From positions 112,521,559 through 112,585,558 of the forward strand of contig NC_068984.1 of assembly GCF_001194135.2 (NCBI RefSeq): a stretch of 64,000 nucleotides of DNA, read 5' to 3'. This document shows positions 63,484 to 64,000 of this stretch, piece by piece. This stretch comes from Octopus bimaculoides (Eukaryota). Both the position numbers and the translations under genes were made by a program. Below the pieces are notes generated by a model that was not told the DNA's origin, did not search any database, and saw nothing but the letters and a program-made list of their open reading frames with translations. Position 1 is the stretch's first letter. Each line of letters begins with the position of its first letter.

Positions 63484-63673
63484 ACATTCTGGAGTCTCCT
63501 CGATGTGCACTTGATTTCTCATATAGGGGAATGCTGTCACCCCTTGGCTGATGAATCAACAAACACAACAGAGAAGCTCCAGAATAACCTGCCATTGAAT
63601 TACCTTTTGAATAAGCTTTTGCACGCTACCTTATGTATTGTATTCTTCTCCTGTTCATTATTACACACATACA

Positions 63674-64000
63674 TGTTTGTTGGCACTCCATCGCTTACGA
63701 CGTCGAGGGTTCCAGTTGATCCGATCAACGGAACAGCCTGCTCGTGAAATTAACATGCAAGTGGCTGAGCACTCCACAGACACGTGTACCCTTAACGTAG
63801 TTCACGAGGATATTCAGCATGACACAGTGTGACAAGGCTGACCCTTTGGATTACATGCACAACAGAAACAGGAAGTAAGAGTGAGAGAAAGGTGTGGTGA
63901 AAGAGTACAGCAGGGTTCGCCACCATCCCCTGCCGGAGCCTCATGGAGCTTTCAGGTGTTTTCGCTCAATAAACACTCACAACGCCCGGTCTGGGAATCG
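63674..64000 (-). mobile_element. SINE family 1, 5' end beyond the window
   Basis: Reverse complement of the family 1 body and tail. Confidence 0.9.

Overview
AT-rich, microsatellite-dense eukaryotic DNA from a fragmented assembly (about 10% N, most gaps flanked by (TA)n). The repeat content suggests an octopus genome (inference). Only one host coding exon is recognisable: a 141-nt phase 0-0 exon at 59010-59150 (+) encoding ALNKKEHKGCESPEPDHEQYMLGPRSEEKYGRINEEYARVMQQNSIR, the Mef2 alpha (HJURP_C-like) exon that follows the MADS/MEF2 domain. No MADS/MEF2 exon is visible upstream, so most of the window is probably one very large Mef2 intron. It is filled with at least four tRNA-headed SINE families, 5'-truncated RTE LINE copies, two R4/Dong-like LINE 3' ends in (AAT)n, hAT, piggyBac and Tc1-type MITEs, and fold-back elements. 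The most notable hidden signal is a set of minimal type I hammerhead ribozyme motifs of the Penelope/retrozyme type. These include a same-strand pair about 220 nt apart (30375-30689) whose stem III palindromes are partly cross-compatible. No CRISPR array or prokaryotic-type system is present. Repeat boundaries are read by eye and are approximate to a few bases unless a TSD or TIR is given.
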